Source of the DNA: Candidatus Kapaibacterium sp.
GTDB taxonomy: Bacteria; Bacteroidota; Ignavibacteria; Kapaibacteriales; UBA2268
Reading direction: 5' to 3'
DNA length: 64,000 bases
Assembly (NCBI GenBank): GCA_963664875.1
Contig: OY761611.1
Location: forward strand, 64,001 to 128,000
Part shown: positions 17,158-25,192 of the stretch, piece after piece
How positions within the stretch are numbered: position 1 is the first letter of the stretch
How the letters are laid out: each line of letters opens with the position of its first letter
Notes under the pieces: model-generated
The model's database searches: none
The model's input: the letters and a program-made list of their open reading frames with translations, nothing else
Told to the model about the DNA's origin: nothing
Translations under genes and position numbers: made by a program

Positions 17158-18474
17158 ATGGGAAAATATCAAATCAAAGATGCCAATGGAAAACTTGGGG
17201 TATTGGTCGTAGGTATGAACGGTGCGGTAGCATCTACTTTTATTGCCGGTGTTTTATCAATTCGTAAAGGTTTGACTAAACCTATCGGTTCTGTTTCGCA
17301 GATGCAAACTATCAGAATCGGTAAAAGAATTGATAATAACTTCCCACTTATTAAAGATTTTGCTCCTTTAGCAAAATTGGAAGACATCGTATTTGGTGGT
17401 TGGGATATCGAAAATAAAGATATGTACGAAGCGACTTCCTCAAACGGTGTTTTGACAGAAAAAGATGTTGATGCTGTTAAAGATGAATTGCAACAGTTGC
17501 ACTGTATGCCTGCTGTTTTCGAGCAACGCTATGTGCTAAAACTTAATGGTGAGTTCGTAAAAAAAGGCGAAACTAAAGAAGATCTTGCTAATCAGCTTAG
17601 AGAAGATATTCGCAAATTTAAGCAAGAAAATGGTATTGACCGTATGGTAATGGTATGGTGCGGTTCTACTGAAGTTTATATGCAGATAAGCGATGTACAC
17701 CAAACTCTTGCAGCTTTTGAGCAAGGTTTGAAAGATAACCATGCCGGGATCTCTCCTTCTATGATTTATGCTTATGCTGCATTGAAAGAAGGCGTGCCTT
17801 ATGTAAACGGTGCTCCAAACTTGACTGTAGATATGCCTGCTATGATGGAACTTGCAGATTTGACTAAAATGCCGATTTCCGGTAAAGACTTCAAAACAGG
17901 TCAAACTCTAATCAAAACTGTGATTTCTCCTATGCTTAAAGCAAGAATGATTGGTCTTCGTGGCTGGTTTTCTACTAATATTCTTGGCAACAGAGACGGT
18001 GAAGTATTGGACGATCCTGAATCATTCAAAACAAAAGAGCAATCTAAACTATCTGTTATCGATTCTATTATTCAACCGGAATTGTATCCTGACTTATATA
18101 AAGATTACTACCATAAAGTCAGAATAAATTACTATCCGCCAAAAGGCGACAACAAAGAAGGTTGGGATCAAATTGATATATTCGGCTGGATGGGCTACCC
18201 AATGGAGTTGAAAATCAACTTCCTTTGCCGTGACTCTATCTTAGCTGCACCGATTGCACTTGATTTGGTTCTTTTCACTGATCTTGCAATGAGAGCAGGA
18301 ATGTACGGCATACAGGAATGGTTGTCATTCTACTTGAAGAGCCCAATGCACAGACCAAATGTTGTGCCTGAAAATGACCTCTTTATCCAGTTAATCAAAC
18401 TTAAAAACACTTTGAGATTGATGATGGGAGAAGAAGTAGTTACTCACGTTGAAGAGCAGGCTGACGAAATCTAA
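17158..18474 (+). CDS. ino1: myo-inositol-1-phosphate synthase
   Basis: GAVAST, FGGWDI, VWCGSTE, NGAPN, GKDFKTGQT, STNILGNRDG, DNKEGWD, CRDSILAAP; start taken at ATG 17158 after GAGG. Confidence 0.95.
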   Translation: MGKYQIKDANGKLGVLVVGMNGAVASTFIAGVLSIRKGLTKPIGSVSQMQTIRIGKRIDNNFPLIKDFAPLAKLEDIVFGGWDIENKDMYEATSSNGVLTEKDVDAVKDELQQLHCMPAVFEQRYVLKLNGEFVKKGETKEDLANQLREDIRKFKQENGIDRMVMVWCGSTEVYMQISDVHQTLAAFEQGLKDNHAGISPSMIYAYAALKEGVPYVNGAPNLTVDMPAMMELADLTKMPISGKDFKTGQTLIKTVISPMLKARMIGLRGWFSTNILGNRDGEVLDDPESFKTKEQSKLSVIDSIIQPELYPDLYKDYYHKVRINYYPPKGDNKEGWDQIDIFGWMGYPMELKINFLCRDSILAAPIALDLVLFTDLAMRAGMYGIQEWLSFYLKSPMHRPNVVPENDLFIQLIKLKNTLRLMMGEEVVTHVEEQADEI

Positions 18475-18483
18475 TTTATTTTT

Positions 18484-18523
18484 CTATTGCATCCGGCGTT
18501 GAATATAGCGCCGGGTGCAGTAG
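18484..18523 (+). terminator. Strong RNA hairpin after ino1 (terminator or mRNA stabiliser)
   Basis: CTATTGCATCCGGCGT / GCGCCGGGTGCAGTAG 16-bp stem with G-U pairs on the + strand; no U-tract follows. Confidence 0.55.
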
Positions 18524-18692
18524 GTTATGAAGTAGCAAGATTATAGAGCGACAGAATTGTGAGCCGAAACGTACATGTAAATTGTAGCTTTGCGGTGTTT
18601 TTCCACTTCACCACGCTTTCAACGTGCTACACTCAAGAGGTGAATTGAGAATGATTAGTGTTACGTAGTGGTGATAATATTGAGTGCAAAAG

Positions 18693-18822
18693 CTCACTGA
18701 GCGAGCGTAGCGAGTCGAAGTGTGATTCTCATCCGTAGGCTTACTTTCTCTCAAGCTTAGGGTACTTTGTTCTCAACCGTAGTGTTTTTTTCTTCTCAAC
18801 CGTAGGGTTAACCCTACGGCTG
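18693..18822. repeat. REP-like element plus four ~22-bp-period direct repeats ending in a perfect 20-bp palindrome
   Basis: CTCACTGAGCGAGCGTAGCGAGTCGAAGTG (18693-18722); TTCTCA(A/T)CCGTAG-like units at 18726, 18748, 18770 and 18793; CCGTAGGGTTAACCCTACGG at 18800-18819. Confidence 0.65.
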
Positions 18823-18907
18823 ATTTCTTTCAAAATTGGCTTTTTACTTTTTAACAAACATTAAACTGACTAAATTTTTTTACTCTTTCTAAGATGAAAG
18901 TTTACAA

Positions 18908-20290
18908 ATGAAACAAAAAGCAATGACAAGAGGTATTATCTATATAGTTCTATTAGCACTTTTTCAAGTGTCGGTAAGTTTTTCTGAGGAGCTTGATTTA
19001 CAAACTTTCTTAGAAAAGGCTATTGAACATAAAGGAATTGAAAAAAGGTTTGAGCTGCAAAAGCAAAAATCTGAAATGACTAAAGATGAAGTGCAAAGCC
19101 TTAAAATTTTGCCTGATGTGTCCTTGGAGCTTAGAGGTGGCATTGTACCTGAAGCGAGAGGAAATGTAAACTACTCACCCGACGAAGCAACAGATTTGGA
19201 AGGGTGGGGGCCGTTCTTTCAAAGCGAGATTAAATTTGTGCAACCGCTTTATACATTTGGTAGAATAAGCAATGCTGAAAGTGGAGCTGATTTTTTGATT
19301 CAGTCAGAAACTGCAAAGTATGAGTCTGAGAAAGCAGAATTGAAAAAGATTCTGATTGATTTATATTTTTCGACAGCTGCTGCATACAAAGCAAGCCTTA
19401 TAGCCGGCGAAGTAGAATCAGGAATGTCAAAGTTGATGGAAGAAATCGAAAAAGAACTTGAGAAAGATGATTCAGAGATTGACGACGGCGACGTCCTCGA
19501 AGCTAAAAGCTTTAGATATGTTGTTGATGAAATAGTTGAAAATAGCAAAAAGAACAAAAAATCAGGAATTTATGCAGTTAACCTTGCTTCGGGAATTGAA
19601 CTTACTGACACTGCTAAAGTAGAAAATGCAATTCCTGAGTTTGATTTTGGATTAATATCCTTTCAAAATATATGGGATTATGCTGAAAATAACAACAAGC
19701 AGATACAGCAGATAGCTTACGGTTTGAAAGCAATGGATAGTAAAATTGAGATGAGTAATTCTGAAAAGTATCCTATGCTATACCTTGCAGGTGGAATAAT
19801 GTACGGAATTGCTCCTAATAGAGATGATCAGAAAAATCCATTTGTTTATGATCCTTTCAATTATCTCACTGCCGGAGCTTTTGTAGGGATGAAATGGAAT
19901 ATGAATCTTTTCAGAACAGGCATAGCAGAAAAGAAAGATGAACTATCTAAAGCAATTTTAAGCGAAGAAGAGCAACTTCTAATAAGTCAGAAAAAAGCAG
20001 AGCTTTATGATTTGTATTTAGATGTGCAAAAAGACTATAAGCTTTTAGAATCTGTTGATAAATCAGAAAAAGACGCAAGAGCCTGGCTGACTATGAGCTT
20101 TGATAATTGGGAAATGGGAATAGGTGACCCAGAAAAACTAATCAAAGCATATAAGACATACTTTCAGCTAAAAGGCCAAAACGTGCAAAAACAGTTAGAT
20201 GTGCAAAAGAAACTTACAAAACTTGCAAATGAAATAGGAAATATTGAGCTAATAATCAAATGGGTGAAAAATGGAAAAGTTATTCTCTAA
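18908..20290 (+). CDS. TolC-family outer membrane channel
   Basis: Signal peptide, LDLQTFLEKA start, LPDVSL, QPLYTFG, YPMLYL and helical repeats typical of outer-membrane efflux proteins. Confidence 0.85.
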   Translation: MKQKAMTRGIIYIVLLALFQVSVSFSEELDLQTFLEKAIEHKGIEKRFELQKQKSEMTKDEVQSLKILPDVSLELRGGIVPEARGNVNYSPDEATDLEGWGPFFQSEIKFVQPLYTFGRISNAESGADFLIQSETAKYESEKAELKKILIDLYFSTAAAYKASLIAGEVESGMSKLMEEIEKELEKDDSEIDDGDVLEAKSFRYVVDEIVENSKKNKKSGIYAVNLASGIELTDTAKVENAIPEFDFGLISFQNIWDYAENNNKQIQQIAYGLKAMDSKIEMSNSEKYPMLYLAGGIMYGIAPNRDDQKNPFVYDPFNYLTAGAFVGMKWNMNLFRTGIAEKKDELSKAILSEEEQLLISQKKAELYDLYLDVQKDYKLLESVDKSEKDARAWLTMSFDNWEMGIGDPEKLIKAYKTYFQLKGQNVQKQLDVQKKLTKLANEIGNIELIIKWVKNGKVIL

Positions 20291-20864
20291 AATCTCGACA
20301 ACATTGTTGCTTTTAGCTGTTCTAGCTATTAGTGCTTATGCTGCAGACAGCCCAATGGATGTTGTAAAAAAATCCAACGATAAAGTATCTGCTATCAATG
20401 CAAAAAGTTCGAAACTCGACGATAAAGCAAAAAAACAGATGCTGGATGTGATTGGCTCAGTTACCAGTTGGTCTGAAATCAGCGGAGAAGTTGCATCAAA
20501 ACTGAGAGGTCTAACACCACAACAGCAAAAAGAATTTAAAGAAAAATTTGAAGAATTGCTCAGGATATCTTCTGTTAATAAATTAGGCAGATATAGAGCT
20601 GACGGATTCGAATATGTAGAAGAAAAAATAGACGGAGACAAAGCAACTGTCAAAACTTTGGCACTCTACAAAAAAGAGAAAGTAGAGCTTGTCTATGAAC
20701 TCAAAAAAATTGCCGGTAAATGGATGATAGTAAATTATATAGTTGATGGAGTGGATACTATCAGAAACTATCAAAAGCAATTTTCTAGGCTTCTTAAAAA
20801 GAAAGACTTCAACGGAATTATCGAAGTGCTTGACAAAAACATCCAAGAATCTAAAAGCGAATAA
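20271..20864 (+). CDS. MlaC/Ttg2D/HpnM-like periplasmic lipid-binding protein
   Basis: Signal peptide; LTPQQQKEF..F, ATVKT, WMIVNYIVDGV..IRNYQKQF pattern. Confidence 0.85.
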   Translation: MEKLFSKISTTLLLLAVLAISAYAADSPMDVVKKSNDKVSAINAKSSKLDDKAKKQMLDVIGSVTSWSEISGEVASKLRGLTPQQQKEFKEKFEELLRISSVNKLGRYRADGFEYVEEKIDGDKATVKTLALYKKEKVELVYELKKIAGKWMIVNYIVDGVDTIRNYQKQFSRLLKKKDFNGIIEVLDKNIQESKSE

Positions 20865-20866
20865 TC

Positions 20867-23245
20867 ATGAAAAAAATATATCAGAAGATAATTGATTATA
20901 TAATTGGTATATCAGTCAGAAAGCCATGGTTGATGCTCGGATTTGTTATTCTTATAACTGTACCAGCCGCTTATTTGCTGAAGGATATTAAAGTAGATAC
21001 TAATCTTATCAAGCTCCTTCCAAAGCATGCAAAAGCTGCAGTAGCCACTCGCGAGTTGGAAGAAATGGTTGGAGACGGGGGACACTTTATTGTTTTATTT
21101 GAAGGAGACAATAGAGAGAGCCTGATTAAAGCAGTAGAATATACTGCTACCGAAATGAAAAAAATTGATGAGCTCCAAGACGTTCATTATAAATGGCCTA
21201 CTGAGTTTTTGCAGAAATACAGATATTCTCTTTTGCCAACCGAATATTTGGACAAAATGTATGAACAGCTAATCCAATGGGAAGCTAAAGTCAATCCTTT
21301 TGTCGATAATATGCTGGTTGAAGAAAAGAAAGAAATGACTCACGGCGACAAAGAAGACGAGCAGGATCTAAAAATACTAATCCAACAATATCAGCACATG
21401 ACAGAGTATCACGAAAGTGCTGACGGAAAGATTTTTGGAATTTTGGCTCCAACTGCCAAAGGCGTTACGAATATTGGTGCTATAAAAAAAATCAAAGAGC
21501 AAATTAAAGCTATATCGGACGAGGCATCAAAAAAATACGGTGTATGGTCAGGAATTACAGGCAATCACCAAAATAAACTGAATGAATATGATATTATCAT
21601 GTTTGATTTGAATCAGTCATCTATTATTGCCGGGATTCTGATTATTCTTGTTCTTCTTATTAGCTATCGAGCCATTTCACCGATTTTTGTGACTATCTTG
21701 CCGCTAATAATAGGCTTGGTGTGGGCATTCGCTTTAGTGCCACATTATGTAGGCCCGCTTAATCTGATAACTGCATTTTTACTTTTAATCTTATTTGGTA
21801 TGGGTATAGATTATGCTATACACATAGTAAAAAGATTTCAGCTCGAATCCAATAAAACATCGCTCGAAGAAGCACTTCGCGAGACATACCATTCCACAGG
21901 TGTGGCGGTTGGACTTTCAGGTCTGACCACGGGTATCTCTCTAAGTATATTGGCTTTATCTGATTTTCGAGGTTTTTCAGAATTTGGAATAATCAGTGCC
22001 TTAGCCATCTTTATGGTACTAATGGCAATGTACTTGGCTTTGCCCGTCTTTATCGTACTTTTTGCCAGATTTAAAGGTATGCACAAAATGCCTATGGTCA
22101 GGAAACGAGTGTTCCTTCCAAATAAAGCTGCAACTGCAATTATAAGTGTTTTTGTGCTTGCTTCTATGCTGTATGCCGCCTTTAACCTGACTTTTGACTA
22201 CAATCTTGCCAATATGAACTTTGATAATCAAAAAATAGTGAATGTCGAAGAACTCAAACAGAAGCAGGGTAAGGTATATTCTAACTCTATGGGAGTAGCT
22301 GCCATTTTGCTTGCTCCTTCCGTTGAGGAAGTAGATCACTTAAAGCAGCAACTTTATGATGCAAAAAGTAAAGACAGCTCAAGCCTGATTGGCAGAATCC
22401 GTTCTATTAGGGACTATGCACCAAGTGAAGCAGATTTTGAAGAGAAACTGTTTTTAATTGAAGATATCAAAGATCAGGTATCAGGCAAGTGGACTCAGCG
22501 AATCGAAGACGCAGATCTTAAATCCATGATTGCTGATTTTATTGCATGGGAGCCACCAACTGCTCCGCCTACTATAGAAGAAATACCAAATATCATAAAA
22601 GCCAATTACGTTAGTCGCAATGGTACAGGTCATTTTCTTGTAACAGTAAATCCGAGTGAGGAAAGAAAAGACGGACGTAATGCTATGGCTTTTACTGATG
22701 ATTTATACTCAGTCAGTATGGATAAGTCTGTAAAAGGGCCAATAGGAGAGACAGTAGTTTTCGCTGAGGTACTGAAACTTGTTACAAGTGAAAGCTGGTG
22801 GATTGCTCTTGCAACATTTGCAGGAGTTGTGATTTTGATATTTCTAAATAATCACTCAGTTAAAAGAACTTTAGTTGTTCTTGTACCTTTGGTCGCTGGG
22901 ATGATGCTTACATTTGGAATTTTTGCACTTGCCGGATTTAAGCTTACTTTCTTTAATATGGTTGTAATTCCTGCACTCCTTGGCATGGGGGTAGATGGAG
23001 GGATACATTATGTACAAAGATGGTTTGAAGTAAATCGCGATACAGATGCTACACAAAAAGAGCTTTTCGAGCCGCTCTCTTTGGCGATTGTTACAACAAT
23101 GCTCGGTTATTCGGGAATGATGTTTGCAAATCATTCCGGTATCAGCTCAATTGGTAATTTTGCTGTTATCGGTTTGGGGTTGATTTGGTTTGCTACATTA
23201 GTATTTTTACCGGGAATTTTAAAAATGTTTGAACGCAAAAACTAA
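20867..23245 (+). CDS. MMPL/RND-family lipid transporter (HpnN-like)
   Basis: Two repeats of TM, periplasmic domain and five TMs; GMGIDYAIH and GMGVDGGIH; FRGFSEFG; about 790 aa. Confidence 0.88.
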   Translation: MKKIYQKIIDYIIGISVRKPWLMLGFVILITVPAAYLLKDIKVDTNLIKLLPKHAKAAVATRELEEMVGDGGHFIVLFEGDNRESLIKAVEYTATEMKKIDELQDVHYKWPTEFLQKYRYSLLPTEYLDKMYEQLIQWEAKVNPFVDNMLVEEKKEMTHGDKEDEQDLKILIQQYQHMTEYHESADGKIFGILAPTAKGVTNIGAIKKIKEQIKAISDEASKKYGVWSGITGNHQNKLNEYDIIMFDLNQSSIIAGILIILVLLISYRAISPIFVTILPLIIGLVWAFALVPHYVGPLNLITAFLLLILFGMGIDYAIHIVKRFQLESNKTSLEEALRETYHSTGVAVGLSGLTTGISLSILALSDFRGFSEFGIISALAIFMVLMAMYLALPVFIVLFARFKGMHKMPMVRKRVFLPNKAATAIISVFVLASMLYAAFNLTFDYNLANMNFDNQKIVNVEELKQKQGKVYSNSMGVAAILLAPSVEEVDHLKQQLYDAKSKDSSSLIGRIRSIRDYAPSEADFEEKLFLIEDIKDQVSGKWTQRIEDADLKSMIADFIAWEPPTAPPTIEEIPNIIKANYVSRNGTGHFLVTVNPSEERKDGRNAMAFTDDLYSVSMDKSVKGPIGETVVFAEVLKLVTSESWWIALATFAGVVILIFLNNHSVKRTLVVLVPLVAGMMLTFGIFALAGFKLTFFNMVVIPALLGMGVDGGIHYVQRWFEVNRDTDATQKELFEPLSLAIVTTMLGYSGMMFANHSGISSIGNFAVIGLGLIWFATLVFLPGILKMFERKN

Positions 23246-23263
23246 AAATAAGTGGTTGGTGTT

Positions 23264-23986
23264 ATGGGTCGTAAACCAAATACAGAAGTTAAAGAAAGAA
23301 TACTCAATACTGCAATTACATTGATCGCAGAGAGGGGATACAATGCAGTTGGAGTAAGAGAGATAGCAAAAAACGCAGATGTGTCTATCTCCATGATATC
23401 TTACTATTTTAACGGAAAGATGGGGATTTTGAAAGAAATCCTTAATATGTTTTTTGATAAATATTTGCAAATGCTTGAGGATACGGTTGATAACGAACTG
23501 ACACCAAACGACAATTTGCAAAATCTTTTTGTCAATATTTCTAAACTAATTTCTGAAAATCATGATATTTGTAAGATAGTGTTTTTGGCTATTCCGCACG
23601 ATAATCAAGAGCTTCAGGAGTTTAAGTTAGAGAAAATCCCATGCCTTATCAATCCTTCTCTGAAATTGTATCAGTCTCTAGGGTTCGATATTGAAGATAA
23701 GGTTAGGTTTAGTATCGTCGGACCTACAATTTCTCATATGCTTTTTTCTCACTTTTTCAATAAACCAATAATGAAAGAAGTTTTGGGATATGACGTTGAT
23801 TTAAGCACAAAAAATATCTATACTGAAACTATGGTTGATTTGTTCCTCGACGGTATGAATGGGGTGATTAAAAAACAAAGAGCTGAGAAAAAACAAGACT
23901 TAAAAGAAGAGTTGAAAGTAAACGAAGAATTGTGGCAAGGGAAAACAGCTCTACAAGTAGAAAAGGCTAAAGAAAGCATAGTATAA
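23264..23986 (+). CDS. TetR/AcrR-family transcriptional regulator
   Basis: KERILNTAITLIAERGYNAVGVREIAKNADVSISMISYYFNGK HTH; probable start ATG 23264. Confidence 0.92.
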   Translation: MGRKPNTEVKERILNTAITLIAERGYNAVGVREIAKNADVSISMISYYFNGKMGILKEILNMFFDKYLQMLEDTVDNELTPNDNLQNLFVNISKLISENHDICKIVFLAIPHDNQELQEFKLEKIPCLINPSLKLYQSLGFDIEDKVRFSIVGPTISHMLFSHFFNKPIMKEVLGYDVDLSTKNIYTETMVDLFLDGMNGVIKKQRAEKKQDLKEELKVNEELWQGKTALQVEKAKESIV

Positions 23987-24007
23987 AGTGCCGGAAGCAT
24001 TCTTTAT

Positions 24008-24055
24008 GAACAAGGGTCTTTATCCAATCTAATGAAATCGGATTTGCCCTTGTTC
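24008..24055. terminator. Possible hairpin between convergent TetR and REC-kinase genes
   Basis: GAACAAGGG...CCCTTGTTC inverted repeat with an inner ATCC/GGAT pair. Confidence 0.4.
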
Positions 24056-24086
24056 TCTTATATAGTTTTCATATACTTTTGTCGGA

Positions 24087-25184
24087 TTATTTTGCTATAG
24101 GGAATGTAACTCTGACGTTAGTATATCTTCCCGGTTCGCTGACGATTTGAAAATTGCCGTTGTGTAGTTCTGTAATCCTTTTGGCTATAGCAACTCCAAG
24201 CCCATTGCCCTGCTGCTCGTAAACTTTTCTTTCAAACTGAACGTAAGCACCAAGATTGTCTATCTGTGCTTTTGTCATACCTCTACCAAAATCGGTAAAT
24301 TCAATTACATATTTGTTTTTGGAAGCAGTAGCGATAACTTTTATATCTGTTCCTTTGTCTGAAAATTTGAGGCAGTTATCAATTATTTCTTCTACTACTT
24401 TCATCAGATACTCTTCGCTGATGGCAAGAACTGTTTCGTCAATGTCGTATTTAATATCTTCAGTTCTGTCATAGACAGAAGCTTTGTAAAGTACTATTTC
24501 TTTAACAAAGAAGTCTGAAATATGTAGCCTGTGAGCTAATAAATCTTCCATTTCGTGCTTGTTAGTAGCTAATATTTCCAAATTTGCATAATAGAGGTAA
24601 TTTTCAAATAGTCTATGAAGCCTTTGAGCACCGTCATAGATATTAGAAAGCATATCTTTTGCATCTTCGGGTGTAGCATTGTCGTAATTGTTTTTCAGAA
24701 ATTCGGACAAGCCCAAAATAATATTAAGTGGGGTTCTGATTTCATGTGGTATTGCGCGTCGAATGTTCGAACGCAAATCTTCCATTTTTCTGTTATATGC
24801 TTTTTCATTTATTTCTTTTTTTCTCAATCTGACTTCAACTGCAGATAGCAATTCATCAATATCATAAGGTTTTGTGATATAATGGTCAGCACCAAGATTC
24901 ATGCCGTCTCTGATGTCAAATTTTTCTGATTTGGCAGAAAGAAATAGAAAAGGAATCACTGCAGTTACTGGCTCTTTTTGTAACTCTTTCAAGACATCAA
25001 AACCGCTTAGCTTCGGCATCATAATATCCGAAATAATCAGGTCAGGCAGCACTTCTTGTGCTCTTAGGAGGCCTTGCTCGCCATTAGCCGCATCGATTAC
25101 ATCATATCCGGTCAGCTGCAAAGTCCTAACAAGATCCTGCCTTATAAGTTCTTCGTCTTCAATGACCAGTATAACTTTATTCAT
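24087..25184 (-). CDS. Hybrid response regulator / histidine kinase (REC-HisKA-HATPase)
   Basis: VIEDE, ISDIMMP, YITKP; PHEIRTPL; DNCLKFS; DFGRGM; GNGLG. Confidence 0.9.
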   Translation of the reverse strand: MNKVILVIEDEELIRQDLVRTLQLTGYDVIDAANGEQGLLRAQEVLPDLIISDIMMPKLSGFDVLKELQKEPVTAVIPFLFLSAKSEKFDIRDGMNLGADHYITKPYDIDELLSAVEVRLRKKEINEKAYNRKMEDLRSNIRRAIPHEIRTPLNIILGLSEFLKNNYDNATPEDAKDMLSNIYDGAQRLHRLFENYLYYANLEILATNKHEMEDLLAHRLHISDFFVKEIVLYKASVYDRTEDIKYDIDETVLAISEEYLMKVVEEIIDNCLKFSDKGTDIKVIATASKNKYVIEFTDFGRGMTKAQIDNLGAYVQFERKVYEQQGNGLGVAIAKRITELHNGNFQIVSEPGRYTNVRVTFPIAK

Positions 25185-25192
25185 ATTACACC

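Noticed and set aside
12343-18474. Di-myo-inositol-phosphate (thermoprotectant) pathway as sole explanation
   Set aside because: The chemistry is related, but the flippase-like gene and lipid-transport block point to a membrane lipid; not strictly excluded
18726-18822. Possible mini CRISPR array
   Set aside because: Unit about 13 bp with about 9-bp spacers, degenerate, and no cas genes in the window
20271-23245. Hopanoid transport (hpnM/hpnN) call
   Set aside because: No squalene-hopene cyclase or other hpn genes in the window, so only family-level similarity is supported
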